DNA of 64,000 bases from Candidatus Latescibacterota bacterium (GCA_965226795.1 CBDDDZ010000005.1:32001-96000), one strand, 5' to 3'; positions 9,252-19,008 are shown, numbered from the stretch's first letter. The notes: generated by a model not told the origin, from the letters alone. Numbers and translations are program-made.

Positions 9252-10050
9252 TCAATCGCGTAGATTGGATTCATCCGGTTTCGTGGACGATTTCTGTTGA
9301 CACCTTGCGGAGCCAGGCTCCTCTTCCCCCGTTGCTGTCAGTGGACGGATTCGAGCGATAATTGCCTCGACGGTCTCGGTGACCGCCGAGAGCAGCGTGT
9401 AGCGGTCTTCGATGACCACCTCTGCGTCTGCATAGCGGTATCGCACCGGGTATTCGGTCAGCCAAGCCAGCTTCTCGCCGGCCGAAGTGTCGATTTCGGC
9501 CGGACGCCGGCGCACGGTCTCCGCGAGCACCGTCAGGTCATGCGTATTGTGATAGTCGGTGTCGAGAGCAGAAATCCAGCCCTTCAGCGCGTTCTCAAGA
9601 GCCTGTTGGGCGGCAAACCCAATCAGTTCTTGCGAAGAACGGGGGTTTTCAATAAGAACGTCGAGATCTTCGAGACAACGCCTGGCATTGGCGATGCGCT
9701 GCCGTACGTCGGGCCAGTTGGTCGGTTCAGGGTTGTCGTAGCTTACTTTGTCGCCATTCGCATCGAATCCGTCGCGGACGGCCTGGCCTGCCACGTGGTT
9801 GCGCGCTCGGCGACCGTAATGGAATGCCCGTTCGCTCATGCGGACTAAATCGACGCTGGTCGAATCCCCGTACAGTTCCTCGACTTTGCGGTGAGCTGCG
9901 GCGCTCGTGCGTTGATACTTCCGGCGGTCCGTGGAATCGGAGTCGGTGATGATGAGCAGGTCGACGTCCGAATCCGGGCTGTAGTCGCCCCGGGCGCACG
10001 ATCCGAACAGAATGACACGGTCCGGGCGGACCGCCTCACCTACGGCGCCA
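9252..10050 (-). pseudogene. MNT (minimal nucleotidyltransferase)-HEPN fusion, 5'-truncated copy
   Basis: ILFGSCARGD..DSDVDL and AQQALENALK...THDL motifs; paralogous to 13222-13989. Homology stops about 17 codons short of the paralogue's start, next to the phoX 3' end, and no start codon remains. Confidence 0.75.
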
Positions 10051-10072
10051 GGGACTTGACTGAGGCCTCGGC

Positions 10073-11440
10073 TCAGCCCGTCCAGGGCCCGGTGATGGCC
10101 AGGGTGATCCCGGGCGACTGGATGTTGGCGTAGAGCGTGCGGCCGTCGGGCGAGAACGTGGCGCCGGCGAACTCGGACTCGTTGAAGGCGTTGCGGCCGA
10201 GCTTGTAGATCCGCCCCTCCGGAGTGACCCCCACCAGGTGGTTGTCCCCGCCGCCGTCCTCGCAGAGCACGAGGTCGCCCCAGGGCGCCACCGTCAGGTT
10301 GTCGCAGTTCTCCACCAGGTTGCCGTCGTTGGGCTCGATGAACAGCTCCAGGGTCCCGGGCGAGGCCGTCTCGTCGGGCGTCCCCTCGCTGGGGCTTGGC
10401 TCGTAGCGCCACACCTGCCCCTTCTTCTCCTTGCCGCCGCTGGTGCATGCGAAGTAGACGGCCTCCCGGCCGTACCACATGCCCTCGCCGCGGGCGAAGC
10501 GGGCGGCGCCCTTGTCGAATCCCTGGTTGCGCAGGTCATCGTCCGGGGACTCCACGTCCTCCATATCGACCCAGGCCGCGGCCAGGCGGTCCCCGGGAGC
10601 GACGGTCTGCGACTTGTGGTTGGCCGTGTCCAGGCTCGGCCGGTCAAGGGCCATGAGCGCCTGCAGCTGGCCACCGGCCGCGAGACGTCCGGGCTCGTCG
10701 GGCAGGTAGCGGTAGATGAGACCGTCGCCGGCGTCCTCGGTCTGATAGACGATGCCCGTCGCCGGATGGACGGCCACGGCCTCGTGGTTGAAGCGGCCCA
10801 TCGCCTTCAGGGCCACCGGCTCCACCGGCCCCGTGGCCGGGCCCGCCGGGACCTCGAAGTTGTACCCGTGGTCCTGTTCGTGGTTGTCGTCGGCGTGCTG
10901 GGTCGTCTCCTCGCAGGTGATCCAGCTTCCCCAGGGGGTGAGGCCGCCCGCGCAGTTGCGCACGGTGCCGGCGAGGCTGAGGTAATGTTTCTCCAGCTCA
11001 CCGGCGGGGCCGAGCACGAAGGTCGTCGTCCCTCCCTGCGGCGGATCGCCGCGGCCCCAGTCGTAGAACCGTTCGCGCGGCAGCTTGCCGAGACGCTCGT
11101 TCTCATCGCCGAAGGCGCCGACCTTGCGGGCCCCCGCAGTGAGTTCGTGGTTGCAGACCAGCAGGGTCCGTCCCTCCGCCCCGGGAAAGGCGGCCATGGC
11201 GTCGGGCAGCCCCGGCACTCGCAGGCCATCGTCCATCTCGACGCCGATGCGGGAGATCACCCGGTAGGTGAAGCCCGCGGGCAGGTCGACGATCCCGCCC
11301 GGGTCCGGTCGCATGGGGCCGTAGCCCGCGGCGATCCCCTCCTCGGGGGCCTGCCCCCAGACCACGTGGAGCTGCAGCCCTTGGAATCCCAACGTGACGG
11401 CGGCCGCTGACTTCAGGAACTGTCTTCTGGTGACGGGCAT
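10073..11440 (-). CDS. phoX: PhoX-family (DUF839) alkaline phosphatase, Tat-exported
   Basis: TRRQFLK Tat motif; CNHE, NCAGGLTPWGSWITCEE, GRFNHEA, RGEG, NCDNL, CED, SEFAG, NIQSPG motifs. GAGGGAGGA RBS. Confidence 0.9.
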   Translation of the reverse strand: MPVTRRQFLKSAAAVTLGFQGLQLHVVWGQAPEEGIAAGYGPMRPDPGGIVDLPAGFTYRVISRIGVEMDDGLRVPGLPDAMAAFPGAEGRTLLVCNHELTAGARKVGAFGDENERLGKLPRERFYDWGRGDPPQGGTTTFVLGPAGELEKHYLSLAGTVRNCAGGLTPWGSWITCEETTQHADDNHEQDHGYNFEVPAGPATGPVEPVALKAMGRFNHEAVAVHPATGIVYQTEDAGDGLIYRYLPDEPGRLAAGGQLQALMALDRPSLDTANHKSQTVAPGDRLAAAWVDMEDVESPDDDLRNQGFDKGAARFARGEGMWYGREAVYFACTSGGKEKKGQVWRYEPSPSEGTPDETASPGTLELFIEPNDGNLVENCDNLTVAPWGDLVLCEDGGGDNHLVGVTPEGRIYKLGRNAFNESEFAGATFSPDGRTLYANIQSPGITLAITGPWTG

Positions 11441-11650
11441 CTACTCGATCCTCCCTCAGTAGTGAACAATCAAAGATAAGCTTCCTTCCCACTCACGACG
11501 GCGAGACGAGGCGCAGACGCGGAGGCCGTGAACCTCGCCGACTCCCCCTCAAGGGGGAAGTAACGAGGGGAGATATGTGGTACTGTCAAGTTATCCTGGC
11601 GTCAAGTAGGACTTCAATAGGAGGATGTCTCTGTCCCAAGACTTTGGCCT

Positions 11651-12706
11651 TTATTGCTTCTTCACCGTTTCCGCATTTTCCCCGGTCCCTTGATCGGTCC
11701 TCGTCTGCTCGTCGAGCCGGCGTTTCCTTTCAACGCGTCTGTCCAATTCCAATATGGCATTCCGGTATTTTCCGCTGAACTTTCTGGCATTGGCTTCCTG
11801 CAATGCGGTTCGCGCCTGGTCGAACCGATCGGTATACATGTAGCTCAGTCCAAGATTGAAATAGGCCTTATGGACTTCGGTTGAATTGGAATAGGTCTGC
11901 GTTGACTCCTGAAAGATGTTGAGCGCGGCATCCCAGTTGCCCGCGTCGACCATTCTGAAGCCGCGTTCCAGTTCCGGCATTTCCTTGGCGGTTTCGAAAG
12001 AGACGTACACGCGCTCGGTATAGGGCACAATCATCCGCACAAGGGACTGCACAATATCCGCCGTGCACGCAGCGAAAAGCCGCCTGCGATCGGCATTGTC
12101 GATACTTGCCTCGCTTTGAGTCTTACCCGACGTTCTTACTGTCTCACGTTCGGAAAATTTCCTGCTGGCCAGAATCCTCGATGTCTGCAAATCCACGATT
12201 CGCAGTTGGACTTCCACACGCGCGGTGCCTCTGCGGTCGTATTTTCGATTGCTGGTTTTCTTGGTTGTCTTCTTGTCCTTTTGCTTGACATTCTCCCTGG
12301 TTTCCTCCTCGTCGTAGTCGTAGGCCAGGATACCGCCCGAAATGAGGGCGACGTTCCCTTCAACGTCGTTCCTGCCATGTCCGATCTTCAGGCTCTCATA
12401 GTCCAGGAGTTCAAATCGCCCGGATTGTGAAAGCGCCTGCGACATCTCAGCGGAGAATCTCCGGAGCCAGGTGTCTTTGGATTCCACACCCTGCAGAAAC
12501 TTACCCCAGTCGCTGAGTTTCGATACGAATCCGCTCCCCGATCCCTTTATTTCGCCAATTGCGATCTTGTCAAAATCCCGCAGGTTGATTTCAGCCGGAC
12601 GCGTTACCAGGATGGAGAGTCTCTTGCTGCCGCTGCAACCTGCAAACAGACCCGAGATCGATAAGAGTGACCAGAGGATAAGATTCAGCCAACACGTTTT
12701 TTTCAT
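11651..12706 (-). CDS. Lipoprotein with CsgG/TolB-N-like domain and C-terminal TPR repeats
   Basis: Lipobox FAGC; VEVQLRIVDLQTSRILAS; AYFNLGLSYMYTDRFDQARTALQEA TPR. Confidence 0.8.
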   Translation of the reverse strand: MKKTCWLNLILWSLLSISGLFAGCSGSKRLSILVTRPAEINLRDFDKIAIGEIKGSGSGFVSKLSDWGKFLQGVESKDTWLRRFSAEMSQALSQSGRFELLDYESLKIGHGRNDVEGNVALISGGILAYDYDEEETRENVKQKDKKTTKKTSNRKYDRRGTARVEVQLRIVDLQTSRILASRKFSERETVRTSGKTQSEASIDNADRRRLFAACTADIVQSLVRMIVPYTERVYVSFETAKEMPELERGFRMVDAGNWDAALNIFQESTQTYSNSTEVHKAYFNLGLSYMYTDRFDQARTALQEANARKFSGKYRNAILELDRRVERKRRLDEQTRTDQGTGENAETVKKQ

Positions 12707-13221
12707 ATCGTCGCACTCGAAGTGGGGTTTTGTCCACGTTATTTGGACCTAAGTGGATCCGATGCGGATTGGATGCTGCAAGCTGTGCGAAAAACGCCTT
12801 GTCCCGCGTTGAAAGGGGCTTGTGACGAGAAAAGTATTGCGAGACTCCACCGACGTCAAGTCGAACACGGATGCCGGTGAGATTTCCGGAGCGTGTTTCG
12901 CTTTTGTAAAAGTGAGACTGGATTGGGATCGGGAGGCGTTCCGAAAGTCAGGTGGCGGGCACGGGGACGAGGAAGGCGAGGCGATTACAGGGTCATCTAA
13001 CTCTTGTATGCGATGGCACGATCCATCTGGATGTTGTCTGAATATCCGAAACGGACAACGAACGGTCAGGCGGATAGAAACCAGCGGGAAACGTGGTACC
13101 CGCAATCTCGCCGAAACAGGAACGCTTTCTCGATAATATCGCCCTATTCAGGCGCCGGTTCATCAGGTCTCCCGGACGAATTCCGTTGAACTGTCCTGGA
13201 GCCGGGCTTCGTGAATGTCGT

Positions 13222-13989
13222 TTAAGTCAACGCGCGGATACGGACCATAATCGCTTCGACGGTTTCAGCTACCGCCGAGAGCAGCGTGTAGCGGTCTTCG
13301 ATTACCACCTCTGCGTCTGCATAGCGGTATCGCACAGCGTACTCGGTCAGCCACGCCAGCTTCTCGCCGGCCGGGGTGTCGTTTTCGGCCGGATGTCGGC
13401 GAACGGTCGCCGCGAGTATGGCCAGGTCATGCGTGTTGCGATAGTCGCCGTCGAGCGCGGATATCCAGCCCTTAAGTGCATTTTCAAGAGCCTGCTGCGC
13501 GTGAAACCCGATGGCTTCCTGAGCGGAATTGGCCTCTACGAGAATCTTTAGAACGCCGAGTTCCCGCTCAGCATTGGCGACACGCTGCCGTATGTCGGGC
13601 CAGTTGGTCGGGTCCGGGTTATCGTAGGACGCTTTGTTTCCATTCGCATCAAATCCATCGCGGACTGCCTGGCCTGCCACGTGGTTGCGCGCCCGGCGAC
13701 CGTAGTGGAACGCCCCTTCGCTCATGTGGACCAGATCGACGCTGATCGAATCGCCGTACAGTTCGTCGACCGTACAGTGGGCCGCCGCGCTCGTGCGTAG
13801 GTACTTCTGCCGGCCCAGGGGATCAGAGTCGGTGATGATGAGCAGGTCGATGTCCGAATTCGGGCTGAAGCCGCCACGGGCGCGCGAGCCGAACAGAATG
13901 ACCCGGTCTGGGCGGACCGCATCACCAACCGCCCGGGCGACGGCGCATGCTTTCGGGTCAGGAGACAGATGAGTTGGCGGTGTTGGCAT
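13222..13989 (-). CDS. MNT-HEPN fusion protein (nucleotidyltransferase plus HEPN); alternative start 14028
   Basis: ILFGSRARG...SDIDL; FHAQQALENALK; RNTHDL; YAVRYRY. Confidence 0.85.
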   Translation of the reverse strand: MPTPPTHLSPDPKACAVARAVGDAVRPDRVILFGSRARGGFSPNSDIDLLIITDSDPLGRQKYLRTSAAAHCTVDELYGDSISVDLVHMSEGAFHYGRRARNHVAGQAVRDGFDANGNKASYDNPDPTNWPDIRQRVANAERELGVLKILVEANSAQEAIGFHAQQALENALKGWISALDGDYRNTHDLAILAATVRRHPAENDTPAGEKLAWLTEYAVRYRYADAEVVIEDRYTLLSAVAETVEAIMVRIRALT

Positions 13990-14271
13990 GGTTAACTTTC
14001 GGCTTCCACTTTGCTGTGTACGGATCACGAGAACCTGCCGGTCAAACCCGGAAACCGGTGGTTATGCTGAATAATCGGCTGTTTTTCAATGACTTTAGCG
14101 TAGAATGTACCGACAACCTGTCAATTCGCGGATTCGGGTTGTTCAGAGTGAGGTTGCGCGCTCTATGGTGGATGGATTCATCGCTGTACCCGGAAAAGGG
14201 AGCATCATTCTCGGGTGTTGTCCTTTCGATCCTGTCCATCCATGCAGAATCCGGTTACTGAATTAAAAAGT

Positions 14272-14508
14272 TCAGATGCGTTTCGCTATTTGGGGCTGGA
14301 TCTCTTCGTACTCGGGAAAGCGGCCCTCTTTGAGTTTGGAGAAGGCGAGTTCGCCGTCGATGGTGACCTCGAATCGTCCGCCGCCGGAGGGAATGAGTGT
14401 GAAGCCTTCGATATCCTGCTTGAACTCTCTCAGGAGTCTGTCCGTCAAACTGACGGTCTGATCTTCGTAGCCTCAGGCCGCGCAGTATTCAATGTCGATT
14501 TTGGGCAT
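14272..14508 (-). CDS. selW: SelW/SelT/SelH (Rdx family) selenoprotein, 78 aa, Sec at codon 12 (UGA 14473-14475); absent from the ORF track
   Basis: AGGAGG RBS; MPKIDIEYCAA(U)GYEDQTVSLTDRLLREFKQDIEGFTLIPSGGGRFEVTIDGELAFSKLKEGRFPEYEEIQPQIAKRI. Shows the Rdx signatures IEYCxxU, GxFEV and SK...RFP. Confidence 0.93.
14442..14456 (-). promoter_or_regulatory. Candidate bacterial SECIS apical hairpin
   Basis: CCGUCA-GUU-UGACGG, a perfect 6-bp stem. The loop begins with GU at +23 nt after the UGA, consistent with general bacterial SECIS geometry. Confidence 0.7.
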
Positions 14509-14720
14509 GTGGCGCCTCCTTGACGTCTTCGGGTGGAAACCGGTATTGGGGCGGATGGCGAGGTGCTTTCAAATGTCATCGCAATATATCTCGTCCGCGG
14601 ATGATTGTCAACACGGAGGTCGTGGCGTATATCGGGATTCCGCTTGACCGTCGCCAGTGAGAGGTTTAGATTGCGACGGCTTTCGACGCTGTTTTTGTTA
14701 CGTATGAAAGGGAGCATGTC

Positions 14721-16232
14721 ATGTCCACGCAGCGGGCTTACGAGGATCTCATCGGCCGGTGGAAGGAACTGCACTTGCTGGAATCCTGCGCGGCCGTGCT
14801 GGGGTGGGACGAACGCACCTATATGCCGCGTGGCGGCGCCGCACACCGCGCCGAACAGCATGCCCTCCTGGCCGGGATGGCGCACGAGCGGGCAACGGCG
14901 CCCGAGGTAGGGGAATTGCTGTCGTGCGTCGAGGAGGGTGATGTGGATTTCCAGCCGGAATCGGCGCGTGCCGTAAACGTCAGGGAAATCCGGCGGGAAT
15001 ACGACAGAAGGACGAAGTTGCCGAAGTCTCTGGTTGAGGCGCTTGCGAAGGCGACGACGCTGGCTGAACAGGCCTGGCAGGAGGCGCGGGAGGACTCGGC
15101 GTTCGAGCGTTTCCGGCCGCACCTGGAGGAGGTGGTGCGGCTCACGCGGGAGGTGGCCGCGGCGCTCAGGACCGGAGGGACTGCCTACGATGCGCTTCTG
15201 GATCGATTTGAGCCCGGAGAAACGTCTCACAATCTCAAAGGAATATTCGGCGCGCTCCGAGACGAACTGGCGCCGTTGGTGGCGGCGATCGTGGATTCGG
15301 GAAGGGCGCCCGAGGCGTCGATTCTGACCCGCGACTATCCCGTGCCGGAACAAACTGAGTTCGGCATCGCCGCAGCGAAGGCCGTCGGGTTCGACTTCGA
15401 GCGCGGGCGGCTGGACGAGACGGTGCATCCGTTCTGTACGGGAATCGGGCCGGGCGACACAAGGCTAACGACCCGGTACGACCGTAACCAGTTTGCGCAG
15501 GCTTTCTTCGGGACTCTGCACGAAGCGGGCCACGGCCTTTATGATCAGGGACTGGAGGCCGCGCATTCGGGGACGCCGATGGCCGAAGCCGTGTCCCTGG
15601 GCATTCACGAGTCCCAGTCCCGGATGTGGGAGAACTTCGTGGGACGCAGCCGGGCGTTCTGGACTCATTTCTTCCCGAAGGCGCGTGGTGTTTTTTCAAC
15701 CGCGCTGGCGGGCGTTTCGCTGGAGTCGTTTTATTTCGCGGTTAACGACGCGCGGCCGTCGTTCATCCGTGTCGAGGCGGACGAGACGACCTATAATCTG
15801 CACATTCTCCTGCGGTTCGCGCTGGAGGAGGCGCTCGTGGAGGGTGATCTTCCGGTAGCCGACGTCCCGGGTGCGTGGAACGAGCGGTTCGAGCAGGATT
15901 TCGGACTGAAACCGCCTGACGATGCGCACGGATGTCTGCAGGACGTTCACTGGAGCGCCGGATTGATCGGATACTTCCCGACCTATACGCTGGGCAACCT
16001 CTACGCCGCTCAGTTTTTCGAAGCCGCACGCAGGGATCTGGGCGACCTCGACAGACAGTTTGCCGAAGGCGAGTTCAGCCCGCTGTTGGGGTGGCTGAGG
16101 GACAGGATCCATCGGCAGGGGAAACGCTACACGGCTCCTGAACTGGTGGAGAAAGTCACGGGAAAGCCCCTGGGTCACAGGGCATTGATGGCGCATCTGA
16201 AGGCGAAATTCGGGCTGTTGTATGCGGTTTGA
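14721..16232 (+). CDS. Carboxypeptidase M32 (Taq family)
   Basis: HPF, DTRLTTRY, HEAGH, HESQSR, IRVEADE, GCLQDVHW, GYFPTYTLG. Confidence 0.95.
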   Translation: MSTQRAYEDLIGRWKELHLLESCAAVLGWDERTYMPRGGAAHRAEQHALLAGMAHERATAPEVGELLSCVEEGDVDFQPESARAVNVREIRREYDRRTKLPKSLVEALAKATTLAEQAWQEAREDSAFERFRPHLEEVVRLTREVAAALRTGGTAYDALLDRFEPGETSHNLKGIFGALRDELAPLVAAIVDSGRAPEASILTRDYPVPEQTEFGIAAAKAVGFDFERGRLDETVHPFCTGIGPGDTRLTTRYDRNQFAQAFFGTLHEAGHGLYDQGLEAAHSGTPMAEAVSLGIHESQSRMWENFVGRSRAFWTHFFPKARGVFSTALAGVSLESFYFAVNDARPSFIRVEADETTYNLHILLRFALEEALVEGDLPVADVPGAWNERFEQDFGLKPPDDAHGCLQDVHWSAGLIGYFPTYTLGNLYAAQFFEAARRDLGDLDRQFAEGEFSPLLGWLRDRIHRQGKRYTAPELVEKVTGKPLGHRALMAHLKAKFGLLYAV

Positions 16233-17202
16233 GCCAACGGACAGACGGCCGGTGATTCTGGACGCGGACCCGGGCGTGGACGACGCCCTGGCGATGATGT
16301 TGGCGCTGGGATCCCCCGAACTGGCGGTGCTGGGCGTCTGCACCGTAAGTGGCAACGTGCCGTTGGACATTGGAACCGGGAACGCACTGAAGGTGCTGGC
16401 ATTGCTGGAACGTAACGATGTCCCGGTTTACCCGGGCGCGGGCCGTCCCCTGAGGAGAGAAGCCGTATACGCCACAGAGGTGCACGGGCCCCGAGGATTG
16501 GGGGATGCCGCGTTGCCGCTGCCCGGCCGTTCGCCGTCGGGTGACGCGGTCTCGTTTATCGTTGAGACCCTCTCGAACCGGCCGGGGGAGGTGACGTTGA
16601 TCGCCGTGGGGCCGCTGACCAACCTGGCCCTGGCGGAAGCGCAGTCCCCCGGGGTGTTGAAAAAAGCCCGGGAGGTGTGTGTGATGGGCGGCGCGGTCGA
16701 TGAGCCCGGTAACGTGACGCCTGCGGCGGAGTTCAATTTCTTCGCCGATCCCCACGCCGCGAGGCAGGTCATGCGTTCCGGCGCAAGCATAACGCTGGCG
16801 CCTCTGGACGTGACCCATCGGGTGGCGTTGGAAGCGTCGCATCTTGCGGGAATACCGGCAACTCCGGCGGGTCGCTTTGTGAAAGACGCGGTGCGGCCGG
16901 CCATGGAACATTCCTTGCGGGTTCAGAACCGGTGTCATTTCTATCTGCACGATCCGTTGGCGGTGGGGCTGGCGATCGATCCATCTCTCTTCTGCATCAA
17001 GACGGTTTATGCGGACGTGGAGACAGAGGGAGATCTGACTTCGGGGCAGGTGGTTGTGGACCGGCGGCCGTTCTCGAGGGACGAATACCGGAAGGGTCTG
17101 CCGGTTAGATACGCGTTGGAGGTGGGCGCCGATCGGTTTCTGGCGTCTTTTTTCTCCCGAATTTTTCCGGCAGAGGTAACGCGGGAGGTGTTCAAACGTT
17201 GA
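16222..17202 (+). CDS. Inosine/uridine-preferring nucleoside hydrolase
   Basis: DADPGVDDA, GPLTNLA, AEFNFFADPHAA, LHDP. Confidence 0.93.
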   Translation: MRFEPTDRRPVILDADPGVDDALAMMLALGSPELAVLGVCTVSGNVPLDIGTGNALKVLALLERNDVPVYPGAGRPLRREAVYATEVHGPRGLGDAALPLPGRSPSGDAVSFIVETLSNRPGEVTLIAVGPLTNLALAEAQSPGVLKKAREVCVMGGAVDEPGNVTPAAEFNFFADPHAARQVMRSGASITLAPLDVTHRVALEASHLAGIPATPAGRFVKDAVRPAMEHSLRVQNRCHFYLHDPLAVGLAIDPSLFCIKTVYADVETEGDLTSGQVVVDRRPFSRDEYRKGLPVRYALEVGADRFLASFFSRIFPAEVTREVFKR

Positions 17203-17945
17203 AAGCGATTATCATCGGTGCCGGTCGAGGAATGCGATTGATGCCCCACACGGAAAACGCGCCGAAATGTCTTGCCGAGGTGAAAGGCCGGCGCATTCTG
17301 GATTGGGGCCTCGACGCTTTACGTTCGGCGGGATTACACGATATCGTGTTTGTCGGCGGCTACCGCATCGAGCAGGTGCAGACCGAATATCCTGGCCTTA
17401 CGTATTGTCACAACGCAGACTGGCTCAACAACAATATCCTGATATCCCTGATGCACGCGGAGTTCCATATGGACGACGGTTTCGTCTGCGCGTATTCCGA
17501 TATCCTATACAGGCCTGAGATCGTCGTGAATCTGATGGATAGTGCGCACGAGATTACCCTGGTGTGCGACACGGCCTGGCGCGCGCGATATCGAAAACGG
17601 TCCGAGCATCCCGAGAACGATGCGGAAAAGATGGCCTCCGTGAGCAACCGGGTCGTTGCAATCGGCCGGAACGTACCCGGCGAGATCGCCCACGGCGAGT
17701 ATACGGGCATTGCCCGTTTCGGGAGAGAGGGGACCGTGCAGCTACGCGACGCCTTCCACTGTGCGAGGACCCTGTACGACGGCCGCCCGTTCCAATCGGC
17801 CCTCTCCTTTCAGAAAGCGTATCTGATCGACCTGTACCAGGAGATGCTGGATGCCAGGGTCCCGATGCATCTGATGGAGACGGAGGGCGGATATATGGAG
17901 ATCGATACGAATCAGGATTTCGAGATTGCGCGAAAGGAATGGTAA
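17199..17945 (+). CDS. NTP transferase (phosphocholine cytidylyltransferase-like)
   Basis: AIIIGAGRGMRL...PKCL, YSDILY, MEIDT; TTG start overlapping the upstream stop. Confidence 0.85.
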   Translation: MKAIIIGAGRGMRLMPHTENAPKCLAEVKGRRILDWGLDALRSAGLHDIVFVGGYRIEQVQTEYPGLTYCHNADWLNNNILISLMHAEFHMDDGFVCAYSDILYRPEIVVNLMDSAHEITLVCDTAWRARYRKRSEHPENDAEKMASVSNRVVAIGRNVPGEIAHGEYTGIARFGREGTVQLRDAFHCARTLYDGRPFQSALSFQKAYLIDLYQEMLDARVPMHLMETEGGYMEIDTNQDFEIARKEW

Positions 17946-17946
17946 T

Positions 17947-19008
17947 ATGGTCGGCAACCCCGTTCTCTTTCCGGCAGGCGTTGTGGGAAGTATGCCGCGG
18001 TCGCAGTTTGTGCGCGACCTGCTGGACCCAGACAAAGCGCCCGAAGATCCGTCCCGGTTTTCCATGCTGATGGATGCCGCGGTGGACTACGTTCTGGCGT
18101 TGCAGGAGGCCGCGGGGTTGGACATCGTTTCCGACGGCGAATATCGGCGCCGGTCCTATATCGGCATTATCGCGGATGTGGCGGACGGTTTCGTGCGGGA
18201 ACGGAAGGAAGGACTCTGGTGGCACACGGTGGTGGAACCTGTGGAGGCGAAAAGGACGGGTCTGGCCGCTGCCGAGGCGAAATATCTCCGGGCGCGGACC
18301 CATAAAGCGATCAAGGTGTGTCTGCCCTCTCCCTATCTCCTGGGGCAGAGAATGTGGCATCCGGAAAGATCCCGTAACGCGTATCCCACTCGCGAGGTGT
18401 TTATGCGCGCGCTGGTACCGATTCTGCGGGACGAACTGCTTCTGCTGCGGGACGCGGGCGCCGACGTGGTTCAGTTCGACGATCCGCATCTCTGTCTGTT
18501 TGTGGATTCCCGTGTGCGCGGAAGGTACGAAAATCCGGATCGGGAGATGGACCTCTGCGTGGATCTCCTGAACCAGATCGTGGATGGCGTTGAGGGATTG
18601 GCCGTGGCGTTGCATCTGTGCCGGAGAAACAAGGGCCGTGCCGGATGGGTTGGTCAGGGCGGATACGGACCGATTCTGCCCGCGTTGCTACGACTGAACG
18701 TTCATCAGTACGTGATGGAGTTCACCGTTCCCGCTGCGGGTGATCTGGACGTGTTGAAACAGATTCCGGAAGACAGGCAGGTGGGGCTGGGTTGTGTGGA
18801 CTGCAGGTCTCCGCAGATCGATCCCGTTGCGGCAATTGTCCAACGGGTTGAACAGGCTCTGGAATTTCTGCGTCCCGACCAGATCGTTCTGAACCCCGAC
18901 TGCGGCTTCGCGCCAGGTAACGCGGCCGAAATACCCGTTGAAGAGGCTTACGCAAAGCTGTGCAACGAGTCAAGGGCAGCGCGAATTCTGCGGGAGAGAT
19001 ATGGCTAG
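17947..19008 (+). CDS. Cobalamin-independent methionine synthase II family (single-barrel MetE-like)
   Basis: VGSMPR, QEAAGLDIVSDGEYRR, QFDDP, HLCRRN, NPDCGF. Confidence 0.88.
   Translation: MVGNPVLFPAGVVGSMPRSQFVRDLLDPDKAPEDPSRFSMLMDAAVDYVLALQEAAGLDIVSDGEYRRRSYIGIIADVADGFVRERKEGLWWHTVVEPVEAKRTGLAAAEAKYLRARTHKAIKVCLPSPYLLGQRMWHPERSRNAYPTREVFMRALVPILRDELLLLRDAGADVVQFDDPHLCLFVDSRVRGRYENPDREMDLCVDLLNQIVDGVEGLAVALHLCRRNKGRAGWVGQGGYGPILPALLRLNVHQYVMEFTVPAAGDLDVLKQIPEDRQVGLGCVDCRSPQIDPVAAIVQRVEQALEFLRPDQIVLNPDCGFAPGNAAEIPVEEAYAKLCNESRAARILRERYG

Noticed and set aside
10051..10478. N-terminal part of the 408-aa ORF as a PhoX-overlapping fusion to MNT-HEPN
   Set aside because: It is an alternative frame of the GC-rich phoX with Arg/Gly-rich, non-protein-like composition.
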